A stretch of 58,512 bases of DNA, the filler included, from Sphacelaria rigidula (Eukaryota): the NCBI GenBank assembly GCA_964200075.2. It is 3 parts of 3 records of this genome, joined end to end, with 100 filler letters (N's around TTAATTAATTAA, not from the genome) between each part and the next. Parts side by side here need not be neighbours in the genome. Positions count along the whole stretch, not along the records: positions 19,543 to 38,978 come from CAXNAA020000671.1; 2 more parts are not named here. One strand, written 5' to 3'. Made by a program: the position numbers and the translations under genes. This document shows, piece by piece, positions 22,801-35,520 of the stretch. The notes beneath the pieces are model-generated. The model did no database searches, was not told where the DNA came from, and saw only the letters and a list, made by a program, of their open reading frames with translations. Every line of letters starts with the position of its first letter. Within the stretch, counting starts at the first letter, position 1.

Positions 22801-25800
22801 GCAGCAGCCCTTCAATTTCTCGCACATGCTTTGCAGGCAGATAACCCAAGCTACTCTTGTGTGTGCAGATTGATTGCTTATGGTGAATGCATAGTCCGGA
22901 GACATCGTAGTACCGCAAGCATTGTTCGCAATACAGATTGGATAACATGTTGTAATATTTGCAGTACTATCAACGTGCAGTACCTACTCATGTACGTTGT
23001 AGTAAGGGCCATTATTATCGACAAATTCTCTTGTAGAGAAGTTCTGAAATTTCAGAGAGCTCCAAGCGGCTCATTATGAGAAGGTTTCGGACATTTTTTT
23101 TCGCATCTCAGGATCAAAACGAAAGCGGGAAAAGGCGGTAGCGGTATAAATTTCACGCTGAAAGAAACTCCAGCATCACCTTGTCAGCGTCAGAGCCCTG
23201 TTTGGAGCACTCTACACTGAAATCCGATGTACCTCTTGAGCCTCCAGTACGGAACGACAGGGAGGCACGACCACCCACCCACCCCCCACCACGTTCACAG
23301 CCAGTGCACACTCAATGTACACTGATATTCAAAGCGGGACATGCATCACAACCGTCAACCTCGCCACTATGGACCAGTCACGAAGTAGGAACGCTTGGCA
23401 TTGCAAACAGAGGGCTTTTCCTGTCGCCGCCATGGTGTCAGCATTCGATCGGTTGTGTTGCGTGAAATGCAAATGCTCGGCGTGTACGAGACGTTGCCTT
23501 GTGTACAGCTCCTCACTCTTGCCGACCTAAGATGGAAGAAGACGGTGTGAACGATTCGTAGTCTACAGTGCGCGAACAGAGCTACACCTGGCTGCACTGC
23601 CAATCCGATAGAGGTCATGACGTCTTACACGGCCGTTGTGGGTGGCATCTTGCGAATCGTTGCATTGCGGCTTTTTCTATTCTGTGGAAATGCTGCTGTG
23701 CTGTCTTTATGGCATCGCTGTACTCAACCGTGCTGCAATGTACCGTAGGGTTCTACATGGCTGCACTGCACTGTCTGCACTGTATACTGCACGGCACTCG
23801 AGTGCCCTGTAGTGCAGTGAAGTAGTGCAAATGCAGTGAAGCGTACAGTAGTGGGCGGTGTAACTGTTTGAGGGTGTTCAGGGGTTGTCCTCGCGTGCTA
23901 CTCTTTGATAGAACTCGAAATTGCTAGCGTCGGTAGATTTTGATACGGCAAATCAGATCATCTTCGAAACACAGCGCCCAAGTCAGTGTTAGTTGGTGCT
24001 ATCAGGCGAAACGAGTGAATACCCCGTTTACCAGGAGGGTCTCACTGACCGTGAAACACAGTCTTTCGGCTCTAGTGCAATGAGTAGGCAGAATTTCAGA
24101 AACATGAAACTGTACGTATCTTTGCAAGTATGATCGGGACGGGCTCGATCGACCGAAAATAAAGAAGAGTAAGAATCTGGGCTAAAACGTGGCAGGACCC
24201 CTGATGACCGGTCAGCCCGTATGTGACTCGAAATTGAGTACAGATGATTTTTTCGTCTTGGAATGTGGGGCGGATACAAATATGTCCAGATCCTCGATGT
24301 GATGAGAGGTGGCGAGCGAAGAAAGCCCAAGCAAATCGCCACTCACGAAGAAATCACAAAATGCCACAAAATGATTAGTTAGACCGCCCGCTACTGTAGT
24401 GTAGGGTACGTGTCGCAGGGTAAGGTACAGCACAGGCTTGTTAATGCTGTACAGTGCTGTGTGGGCCTAGGCATTTTCGTACCGGATGCTGGTCCATCGC
24501 ACATCTGGCGGGGCAACCTGTGGTCAATCACTGCGACCCAAAACATCAACGCCAATCCATGTTACATCAGCTTCCGTTCTGAACCTTTTAGCGTCCACAT
24601 TGAAGTTTCACGAGCGTCCACTTTGAAGTTGTTCCAGTCTGATTCCTCAATGAGCTTTGATTATCTAGTTCTGCCGTTGCTATTGGATATCTCATCACAG
24701 ACACAAGGCTGTTCTCGCCGCTGGCTTGCCTTCGTCGGCCAAACGAATGACAGGATGGTGCTGCCTGCTTGTGTATGACGTTCAAGGAATATGGCAAATA
24801 TCTTTCTCGCAACCTGTGTGTGAAACGGGTGGGGTAGTCGGAAAGGCAAGGAAGGGTGTGATCAATCGGTCCTGCCGGAACACAGCAGCAGCAGACACAA
24901 GTAAAACTTTCGGCTGTAGAAAGCTCAGGGCAGAACTTGCAGCATGCTTCCTGTCAGTTGTGGCGCAGATGTACTCACCACACCACTAGCTCTAGACTTC
25001 ACAGACGGTGCGGTCGTGTACACTTCTAGCAGCACAGCAGGCAAATTGGTCGCTACGGGATTATCCCTGCTCTTCACTTCGAAAGTGTGTATATCCGCAA
25101 ACGGCAACCACCGTACTTGACCGCAACAGCTCAACCACCGCAACCGACGCACACACCGTCTGCGAAGATGGACACCGCGAACCCACGGCGCTCCTTACTC
25201 TGCAACATGTCCTAGGGTGCCATTGCCAAGATTCCTCACAGCTCTCGCACCCTTGCGAGCGCCACGGCGTGCTCACAGGGCGGCTCTGCGAAGTGTTGCG
25301 CTGCAGTCCGAAGTGTTCAGACGTCTCCTAACGTGAAGCTTCGGAGAAAATCTCAAGCCTCTTCATTTTCGGAGAACGCCGAACGCCGCGTCTGAAAACG
25401 CCAAGTATTCAAAGGAAGGGCAATGTACGAAATAGGGTACGCCCTGGTGCTTTTCGAACAATAGAGGGGAACTTGTTGTTTTGTTTTCGGACGCGGTGCC
25501 GCACGCGGTCTCAACACCTCGACAACTTGTTGCAGCTCCTCAGCCCCACGCACAACGTGTCTGGGTAGCATGCCGAACCTTTTGTTTAGTTTTCACCCGT
25601 GGTGCTGGGGTTAACCACGGCATGAATATAAACAGTCTGTGAGAGTACAGTCTTTCGTTAGCAGACCAGGAGGGTACACCCTGTTTTCTGCTGAAAAACT
25701 ATCTTTCATTTTGTTTGTTCACGTGTGGACCCCTTCATGCTCGAGGGCATACTCTTTTAAAGTATGTCTCGTGCGGGGTCATTTCGTTCTCTGAAGCTCT

Positions 25801-26144
25801 GAGAAGCAAGGAGTCGTCTCTACTTATGGAATACATGTTTACCGCTGATACCTCTACGCTTGCAATTCTCTAGACATCAGGGTTCGTTCTGTTTCTGCTT
25901 GCAGTTGGAGTATATCCGTTTCCCGCGCTGTGTTCTGTAAGTAAGGCGATATGGGGTTGCGACGCGTTCCGTTGAATTCCCCGTATCCACGTGTCAGCAG
26001 ACCCTTCGACCGTCAGGGGTACCGTCATTCATTTCGACCACTCTTCATTTGTGGAATCGGCATCGGTTTTATATGAAAATTGAGTCGTGATCACGCTCAT
26101 TCGACGATCAGAAGACATGGCCTCAAATCATGCCACCGCTCTAC

Positions 26145-27070
26145 ACTGAACAGCATCTTATTTCTCTCGGGGCAGGGCTTGCACACCTCGGACGTGTTTC
26201 GATATTGCACGCGTGTCCCAACTGTACGTTGTTTTTCCCTGTCTCTGCATTGCTGCAGCTGGTGGTACTGCGTTTACGGATCATTCGAGTTTCGTTCATC
26301 ATGGCCGACCGGCTGCAGCGCTGTCCCCTTCTTTTCCGAATTTGAATGGGCGCCATCTCAGCTAGTGCTGATCCTGCTGTGTGCGTGTCTTGTGCGCGCG
26401 TCTCACTCGAACCATCTTTCTTCATTGAATTCTGAGCAGATAAGTGCAAGGTCACGCACCCCGGGCCCAGCTGATGAGCAGCTACGGCTTCAGCTGTGTT
26501 TTTTAGTACATGGGAGCAGTCAATTCTTCAGGCTCACCTCTGATTGTGTTCGTTTGTATCAATCCTCTGCGTGTGCCCCTGTCAACGGGACATCCATGTT
26601 TCTCTTCGGGCTGAAAAGCGAGGCAAACGAAAGTCGTTCGTGAAACGAACCGGCATACGTTTCACTTGAAATTGATTCGGCGTCATCTCCATTTTTCAAG
26701 CAAAGGATGCGATATAGTATCGTGCAATCGCTCTCAATTGAACACAGTCTTCCACTCGGGGCAAGGCTTTCACACCTGGCGCGTGTTTTGATCTTGCACA
26801 CATGTCTCAATTGTATTTTTGTTTATTTCTCTGTCTCTGCCCTGCTGCGGCTGGTGCTATTACCTCTACGGCACGCGCAGGTCCTGCTCATCATAAGTAG
26901 CCGGATGCAACGTTCGCTTCATTTCGAATGTGAAGCAGCATCATCTGAACGGGTGCTGATCCTCTGTGTGCGTGTGTTCTGCGCGCGCGTCTCACACAAA
27001 CCGTCGTTTCTCCTTCATTATGAGCCGAGTTGTGTCGTGTCGAGTACCACGTGCTGAGCTGATAAGCAGG
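26145..27070. repeat. Two diverged direct copies of a ~320-bp unit (~26145-26450, ~26735-27070)
   Basis: Shared ctcggggca.ggctt.cacacct, gtgctgatcct..tgtgtgcgtgt, gcgcgcgtctcac, ctgagc.gataag. Confidence 0.75.
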
Positions 27071-27934
27071 TGCGGCCTTCTCTTCAAATAGACTTGCTTT
27101 GCTTTGCATCGCGCCTCCAGTTTTATTTTCCTTCGTTATGATATAAAAGGAGCATAACCGGAATACAAGTAGACGCACGGAGAAAACCCAGTAAAAGTGA
27201 CAAAGTATGAGTCCACTGAAGCTCTCGTGTCTCGCACGCGGGAATAACATACAGTCCAAATGCATCACATGAGCTCGGGCACTCACACAGCCCGTAGCCA
27301 TCGTTCAAGCCATCGCACGGTGCAAACTTCCTCGTAACGGTCGAAAAACGCGCTGCGGCACAGTACCAAAAAATACCGCCAACCGACTGGAGGTGGACAT
27401 AAGCTATGTCTAAGTCGCGAGTTGGACATACGTTATGTCCACCACCAGCGGTTGGAATACCTGTCCGCGCTCGTCTCCTGTGCCTTGCATCGACACAACA
27501 GCAGCTGCAATACACTCACACATTCCGTAGCTACCGTTGAAGCTATCGTGGGGTGCAAACGGCCTGGTAGCGCAGAAGAGTCGCGCCTGCTACACACAGG
27601 GCCAAATAGTACCTCTATCTGCACCGGACTGGACTTGGGTAGAGCTTTTATCAGAAACGCGACGTAGGCAACTTGGACATAAGCTATGTTGACGGCAGGC
27701 GTGAGAGCACATAATCATGTGCTTGTGATTGATAGCGGTCGCGTTTCAGACAAGAACGCCAACAGGCGATTGCCGCTAGTACGTTTTCCCCGCAATGTCC
27801 CGCGATGCACTGAGGGTGTGGCCAGCGTGATCAGCGTGTATCCATTGTACAGACAGTGTTCAATAAACTAGAAATGTGCTGCGATTAGCACGTCTCATGT
27901 GCCTTGCATCGACACCCCAAAAGGAGAATAATTA

Positions 27935-28383
27935 AGAGCAGCAGTATCGGCAGCATCTTTCCTGCCAGTAGATGTACGCGGCTGGGGGTGGGTTTGAATC
28001 AGCCGGTGCCGTTAACGCTGCTGCTGCTGCTGCTGTTGCTGCCGTTTTTCCTCACGGGAGAGACGGTCCACGTTTCGATCGTGCTACAAAGCTTTCGCAC
28101 CTTGCGTGTGATAGCCACCGTCCTGGAAGGCGCTAGTCCGCACTACCTGCTGATCAGTCTATGCTTCCCCACTAGGCTAAGTGCTGGGAGATATAGCTAT
28201 GGGCATCTATCTAGTACAGTACGGGAGAAAAAAGTTGACACGTGCTGTACTCGTACTGAACATGCTATGTGGGTAACAACATGCAAACAGGTCACAGTTG
28301 ATTTCAAGTAGGGAGGAGGCAATAACGTGCCAGGTGCATGGGTATTGTCGCAAGTCGAAACGCGGACCGCCTCCCGCACGAGA

Positions 28384-28415
<32 letters not shown>

Positions 28416-28700
28416 CATATTTATTGCCAGTACATATACGCCGCTGGGGGTGGGTCGGAATTAGCCGGTGCCGTTGGTGCTGATGCTGATACTGCTGCTG
28501 CTTTTCATCGTAGACGGTCCGCGTTTCGACCGTGCGACAGCACCCACGCACCTTGCAAGTGATGGCCACCGTGCCGGACAGTGCTGGTACGTACTACCCG
28601 CCGATGGGTCCATGCTTGCCTACTCGTCGAAGTTCTGGGAGATATAGCTGTGCACATCTCCCCGTGGGAGCTGTGCACGTGGAGTGTGTCTCCCACGCGT
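27935..28700. repeat. Two diverged direct copies of a ~300-bp unit containing CAG/CTG microsatellites
   Basis: Shared gctgggggtgggt, agccggtgccgtt, agacggtcc.cgtttcga, cgcaccttgc..gtgat.gccaccgt, ctgggagatatagct. Confidence 0.8.
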
Positions 28701-30129
28701 GGCTACTGCTGGTGATGACATTTTTTTATTTCTGTTTGACAAAGATGAAAAAAAACAAAAGGGATTCAAGTATGTAGGACAGGGGTTACATTTTGTATGT
28801 ACAGTAGAATCTGAAAACTTTTAATAATGCTGTTGAACTTCTGTCTTTTGTTCAGTGTAATACTCTGTACTACTTTATATATTGTAGGACTTCTGTATTA
28901 ACAAGAGGGATTGAAGTATGTGGGGGGAGGGTCTCGTTCGGGGCAGGTTCTTTACAAGTTCTGATTGGTTCTGGCAATATAATGTGAAAAAACGAAACAC
29001 TTTTCCGTCAAAGAAATCCAATGCCGATCTGAAATGGCCTGGGACAACAATCAATTTGAAAACTGGAACTATGCCATGGGTCATGACGCATCACCGGTCC
29101 CCATGTATCTTGGCTGTTGGTCTATTGAGCGTGGCGGCGAAAGCCGCCGAAACCCTTGGTGTATAATTTGTTCACACAGTATGTCGACAACCTGCGTTAT
29201 ACAACATATACTGACTGAACACTATCCTGGCGGAAAAAGCGAGTCGGGATGTATGAAGCGAACAACATGTGGGCCGATTTAGGAATGTAATATATACATG
29301 GGCCGTACATAAAGCTTGCCACGAATAACATCAAGGTATGTTATTCGCACAGCATATGCCTTCAGGAGATGCGCCAAAACATTTTGTCTGTGTAAACATC
29401 ACATGCCGGACAAGCGCAGTATGGATTGACGGCACAAAACATTTCATGTCCGAAAGCGGCAATCTGATGCCGGCGCAGTACGTTGTGCGTAAGTTAGTGC
29501 CATGGAAGTTGGACGTGAGTGAGTGCAGTGTATTGGGCGCGTGTTGTACGGGTGGGCCGATAGATGCAACACATGCCGACACGATATTATGATCGTGTGG
29601 TATGTGGAACCTCTCGAAACACCTCCAAGTATATTCCCGATACATCCCCCGTATGTACTCTTCCTACACTCTACTACATCAACGGCCTGTGTTATACACT
29701 ATATAGACCTTTATATAAGATTAGGACGGCTCACGCTTCCGGGGGGGGGGGGTGTTGGCTCGCGGTTGGGCCGCTCGATGACCCAACCATTATGTACAAA
29801 TTACCTGGCTATGGTTAGACACTCCATTCCCGAGCTCTAAGAAAGGTGCTCTTCTTCGCTTCCGAATAAAAGCAAGAAAATGTTATCGAATGAAATCAAT
29901 AAGAGATATATCAAGAGAAAAGAACGGAAACATCTGTCCCCCGAGTTGATCGGGGTTGAGGTAAAAACACACCCATCAGGTCTGCTACTGTATAGTAGTA
30001 GACAGAAGAAGAAGGGATAGGAATGAGCGATTTGAATAACTACCAAGCGAGCGTCGGATCAACAACCTCAGGCATCCTCGCCATTTTTCTACAAGGGCGT
30101 CATTGTTCTTTTTCTCTATGCGTCAACAA

Positions 30130-32200
30130 AAAAAATGTATATTGGGCGATCAATATGATGGCACGAGAGAGGGGCAGTATATATTGTGATATCAATATGT
30201 CAAGTCTCGCGACATGTGATATACATATATATATCTATCGACCGAACAATATATCACGACACGCGCCTGGTCAAAATATATTGGCCTAGTACCACATTGG
30301 TGCGGTAAGGCACTAATATATATATATATATTATATTATTACATACATATCGAGTAGTATACTGGCTGCCACACGAGGTCAATATAGATTGATTGATCGA
30401 TTGATTGATTGGTTATCTCACATTAGCTGATTTCAACAATCCAGCCCGTGGTCAGGAGCAGCAAGGATAGAAAAATAAATATTAAAATAAATATTAAAAA
30501 AGAACAGAAAAACGACAGAAGCAATGGCCTCTGGAAGGAAAGAAAGGGTGCAGCGATAACAACAAAAACCACCACCACCACCACCAACAGGAACAACAAC
30601 AAAAAAATAACGACAAACACGAACACAAACACAAGCATGAACAAAGACAAAAAAGATGATGATCGCGCATTACGTAGCTGATTGCAACACTCCAGCTCGT
30701 AGTCAGAAACAAAAAGGAGTAATATGAAAAAAATGAAGACAGAGCCAGGCTCGTTCCGGCGGCGGGGGGGGGGGTGGCGGGGTGAAAGCACAGACGGAAC
30801 AAAAAGCAAAAAATAAAGAAGAAGAAACCATATTGATTATTCAATCTACTCGACACCCGGAGCGCCAATATATATTGCCCCCCCGATATGTCGTGCGTCA
30901 ATTCATCCAATATATATTGGGCGGACAAAACACGAGGTGAGGGACGGTCACAATACATATTGGTGAAGCAGTACGTTTTATGAATTTTCGATGTGTAGAT
31001 TGGAAAGTGTATTGCAAATAGTATAGTGGGCAGTTCTATGTTCGCGGGCGCCGTCGAAAGATGTATCACTACGTGCCGAAAACGCTCATGTTATTCCTCC
31101 GCGAGCGTGTTCAATATATATTGGCTGCACAAAAGCTATGCGATGAGCGTGCGCGATAAATACTGGAAAAAAATTATTTTTGCATGGTTTGCGTTCAATA
31201 TTTATCATGGTGACAGCATGTTACGCATCGCTTCGACTCAACATATATTGACACTTCAATACATACACGGCCGGCATGCATAACATATATTGCATGTCTT
31301 GTTCCGGAGCAAATGCACATCCAATATATATATATATAATATAATATGTATATTGTCATGCATTACTTCACTGTCATGACAGGAGAAATATATGTTGTTG
31401 CTTCAATGTCTCCGAGGACATCTTGACACGAAATATATTGAAAGGACAATAATTGTGCTGTCTCCAATACAAAGTATTGATATCATGTTGGAACATATTG
31501 TACCGTCCAGGGTATAAACAACACAGCACCGGTGACCAGGGGAGTACCAAAAGACGCATACCGACAGGCGTTTTCTGTCGTCGTGATGTTTACCGAAGAT
31601 ATATTAACTGCTGTGAGGGGAATGGGCGGCCCCGTACCGGTGGATAAATAGGTATCAGAAGGCATATATACCGGGTCGCCTCGCAGCAATGCACGCGAAC
31701 TTCTGCGACTCCCTTCGGAGCTTTTCCCAATCTGCACGGGCTCCCACATCCACCGCGTCTGGATTTTCCTCAAATGTACACCATACTTACAATAATATGA
31801 GATGTGTATTGACTGGCAAATACATTGGCACCCAAGCAAACCCAATATATATTGACCGGTCAATATTTTCTCACCATTGCGACCCTGATGTATATGGGTT
31901 GGGCAATATGCCGTCGTCCACACTGCCGCTATATATTTACATATATATGTTGGTTGGACAATATGTGTTTAACCCCACGGTACCCATATATATATATATA
32001 TATATTGGGCGGGCAATTTGAATGCAGTCCCACGACATCAATTGGCGCACAATACGTGTGCAGCCCAAGGGCACCAATATATATATATATATATTGGGCT
32101 GGCAATATATCACAAAATTCCAATATGGTCGACCAATATATATTGAAAACATATTGTATCGTCCAGGGTGTGAAGCAATCACACAGTAGCGGCCGATTAT
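30130..32200. repeat. Dispersed array of the palindromic motif CAAT(AT)nATTG
   Basis: Many copies of caatatatattg, caacatatattg, aatatattg and (TA)n-expanded variants separated by non-repeating sequence. Confidence 0.75.
30387..30830 (-). mobile_element. Probable LINE family B-type 3' UTR relic with (ATTG)n tail
   Basis: attgattgat... run followed on + by a long A-rich tract, i.e. the mirror image of the 51900-52195 UTR and tail organisation. Confidence 0.5.
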
Positions 32201-35200
32201 CCTCACGTATTCTCCACCGTCTACCCGCCAACCCTCCCGCCGGAAACGGCCTCCAAAACGTCTGCTTTATGCTTCCCGTGCGGTTGTTTTTACTACACCG
32301 GCAACTGCACCGCTGCCGGTACACATTACGAACAATGCTCTTCTCAGCCTTCGTATGAACTCAAAAACACGAACCACAACACAAAAGGAGAGCTTGGCTG
32401 TCGATAGCGCTGCACCTCGAACTGTGTTCACCTCAACTCCGTGACCCGCGGAAAAAAGCACCGCAGCCGGCCGAAGGGCGGCAAGGGCTTCTATAGGATG
32501 ATATAGCAATACTCTTGGTATGGTTAGTGCCCGACGTGTATTTTCTCATCACTATGTTCTCATATATTCTCTTGACTCGATATACCGATTCGTCGATATA
32601 TCTACAGCCGTCGGGGGGTGTACATGTTGAAACATGTTGCTCGGGAGGCAACCTCGTGTCCAGCACATGCCGACACGAATCCAACGTGGGCTACGGCATC
32701 TTTACTGCCAATTACAGCACACGTCAAGACCCGGATGGATGCTGTCTACGATGCAAAGTATTGACATGCATCGAAAACCGCATCGACCCGTCTAGGGTGT
32801 GGCTCCTACCCATCATGTTGTTCCTTCCGAGGGCAAGTAGGCAGGGCATGACATGATGAGGGTAGGTTACATGGTTGTTGTTTGCGGAGAAGCGTTTTTG
32901 CAGGATAGTATCAGAGGAAGTGATTGCACGACAGCGGTGATATCATAATTGGCAACCGGAGACGTGCAACACCGTGCCGTCGGCATGGGAAGAATTGATC
33001 AGACACGATTGCAGTCAGCCTCAGTCACGTCGAACAAGAGCGAGAGCAAGAGTGGTTCATGTGATGGTAGGCTTGTAGCACTTGTGTCTTCAACCGATTG
33101 TGTGTGCCCTATTTCAATAAACCTTATATTAATCATTCCCGTCGCTCGAGTTCCCATAATTAATAGGGAGTGGTTGCGTTATGCTTACCTTGGGTGCATC
33201 TATGTTGTGACCACGCCTCGATTTCTCGGGAATCACTGAGTGTGCGACAATCGAACACAGAGAGCCCATATGCGGGCTTGGGTAGAAATGAACAAATGCC
33301 ACCACATGTTCAAAGTAACCACGAACAAAACGCTGAGGTCACAATAACTTGCGTCTGTCGATCTGCCGATGTAACTTCCTCCCAACCGTTATTTCCGGTC
33401 TCGAGTTGGGGGCTGGATGCGATTTGATCCTAGAGTGATGTTTACACGTCCTGTGCACTCAGATGGTATGATGTGAAGGTACTATCCTGTTTTGATCTTC
33501 TTGTTTGACGAGAGCGCCATTTTTTCGGGGACTCATGTGTCCAATGTGTTGATGCAAAACTTACTTCTTTTGAAGTGCTCCAGACTTGTGCTTTTTCCTC
33601 CAAAACCTCGGTTCCAGTCCACACCAAACAATCCAACTTCATCACGACCATATACAGGGGGGTGTCCCGATCGCATTGTTGTGATTTATCGTGACACACA
33701 CGGGGGGCAGGGTATATGGTATATCTCCCTGCACATGTGAAGCCATATTCATTCGCAAACTCGGCATCAACTCCCGAGGCATACTATGGAGGAACGTAAA
33801 GTAAATAGGGTGGTCCATCATGCCTTCTGGGAAGATAGTCCATGTGTTGAGGACAGATGATGTGGCCACGCATTCGTTACGAGCTGTCTACCAGAATTCA
33901 TTGGGTCATGTACTGGTGTCGATGCGGGAGTTGAGCTCCTTACAAACGCTTACCAACGCGAAATTAATGTATTCAAGCATAGGCTTTACGCCTCAAGCGA
34001 TACCGTGACTTTACTAGTTTCCCAGGGAATGGACAGTCCGTAGTCAGTAGACACTGGTACGTCCTACTCTTTCAACAAGCTAACTTGAGTGATTTTATTA
34101 GCCTAAATTTTGAAGTGTATAGTCTAGCCATTCATGTTGTGTCTCCTAGTTGAGTTGGGTTCATGTGTGTTGAGTAGATCCAGCATTCAGCAAGGCACCG
34201 ACTTAAGCTTCTCGCATGAAGAGGTAAAAATGCCGGTGTGTGTTACTCTAGTCCTCACAACCGGTCTTTCCCAGGTGCCTTTTTCTAAGGATGTTGTCTT
34301 TCTGAGCTATCGCTGGGTGATCGGTGGATAGGTTGAGCATGACCGAGAATAAAGTAGGATTCCGTACATTTTGGGTAGGGTTGCCAACTCATTCGTGGGG
34401 AGATCATCTTCGGTTGTTTACTACGTTTTCAGTAGTGTCGTTTCACGTGCTTGGTCGATGAGCTTCCGTGCCCGTGTGCTGCGTGCATGTCAACTGGTTG
34501 TGCGGACTATGACGGTTTGTAGCCACCCGTCGCCGAGGATTCTACCTGCTTTTTGAGGCCTGGAGCCGCCGGCCGCTTGTGTCAATACGCACCACTACAT
34601 CGGCAGCACGTACTAGTGCAGAAATGTGCAGTATGGCACTTGTTATGACCTTGAAATCCTCCTTACCATACAACTTCGCACGATCAAATGGCGGGAGTTA
34701 CGTGAAGGTAGTTCGAGAGACACTTGTGACATACATACATCTGAATTTCATGAGCTGCCCGCATGACGCATCTGACAGCACGAAGGGGTGGGCTATAAAT
34801 TCCTTGTATAGGCTCGAGATCTTACTTTCAATAATAATAAAAAATACATCCCATTGTGTGTGTTTTTTCATCAATACCATAGACTCGGACTACTCTTTTG
34901 GACCGAGGTGTATGGCATGTGTGTGTGTGTGTTGCTTTTTACATGAGCTGCACCATCAAGTGGAGAATCCAGTGGAGAAAATATGCAGAGTTTTGCAAAG
35001 TTCTCGACCAAAGAAGTCGGCGGCACTACGTTAGAACGTTCGACGGAGCAATTGCGTACCTGATCTTATTACTGAGTTTAGGCACATGCGAGATATGAAC
35101 AGCCTGTGTTTACCATTTTCCCTCGAAGTACTGTATATCGCGGTTGACCAACACTGTTCACTCTTGACGGCTTTTGATACGTTTCATATTCTCAGATAGC

Positions 35201-35520
35201 ATCAGGAGGAACTGCCTTCCCCTCTTGTTCGGCCATGGGAAAGTGGAACTGCTAGAAGCAGCCGAAAGTGTTGCGCTAGAGCCTCTCGCTTCACCTGCGT
35301 AGAGGTAGTACAATCTCGGCAGTGCCCCCAGAAGGGCTGCTTGAAATGACCATCAGATAGAGTGACGGGTGTCAGCGTCGTAGAGGTGTTTGCGAAAAGG
35401 GTTGGGGTGGACGATGAAGTAAACAAGGAGTGAGGCACCAAGGGCTTCTCCAAGAAGCCATCATACTGTGTAGCGGGAAGCCCGAAGGCGGAGTTCTGTG
35501 CCGCCCACGCCAGGTCCGGG

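Noticed and set aside
30423-31069. Hydrophobic ORFs resembling membrane proteins (also 51729-52150)
   Set aside because: Translations of T-rich low-complexity LINE 3' UTR sequence.
35431-35433. In-frame TGA at a Cys position, suggesting selenocysteine
   Set aside because: The same repeat has also lost its second Cys (to Phe), another TGA replaces an Arg-type codon upstream, and no SECIS was identified; simple decay is more parsimonious.
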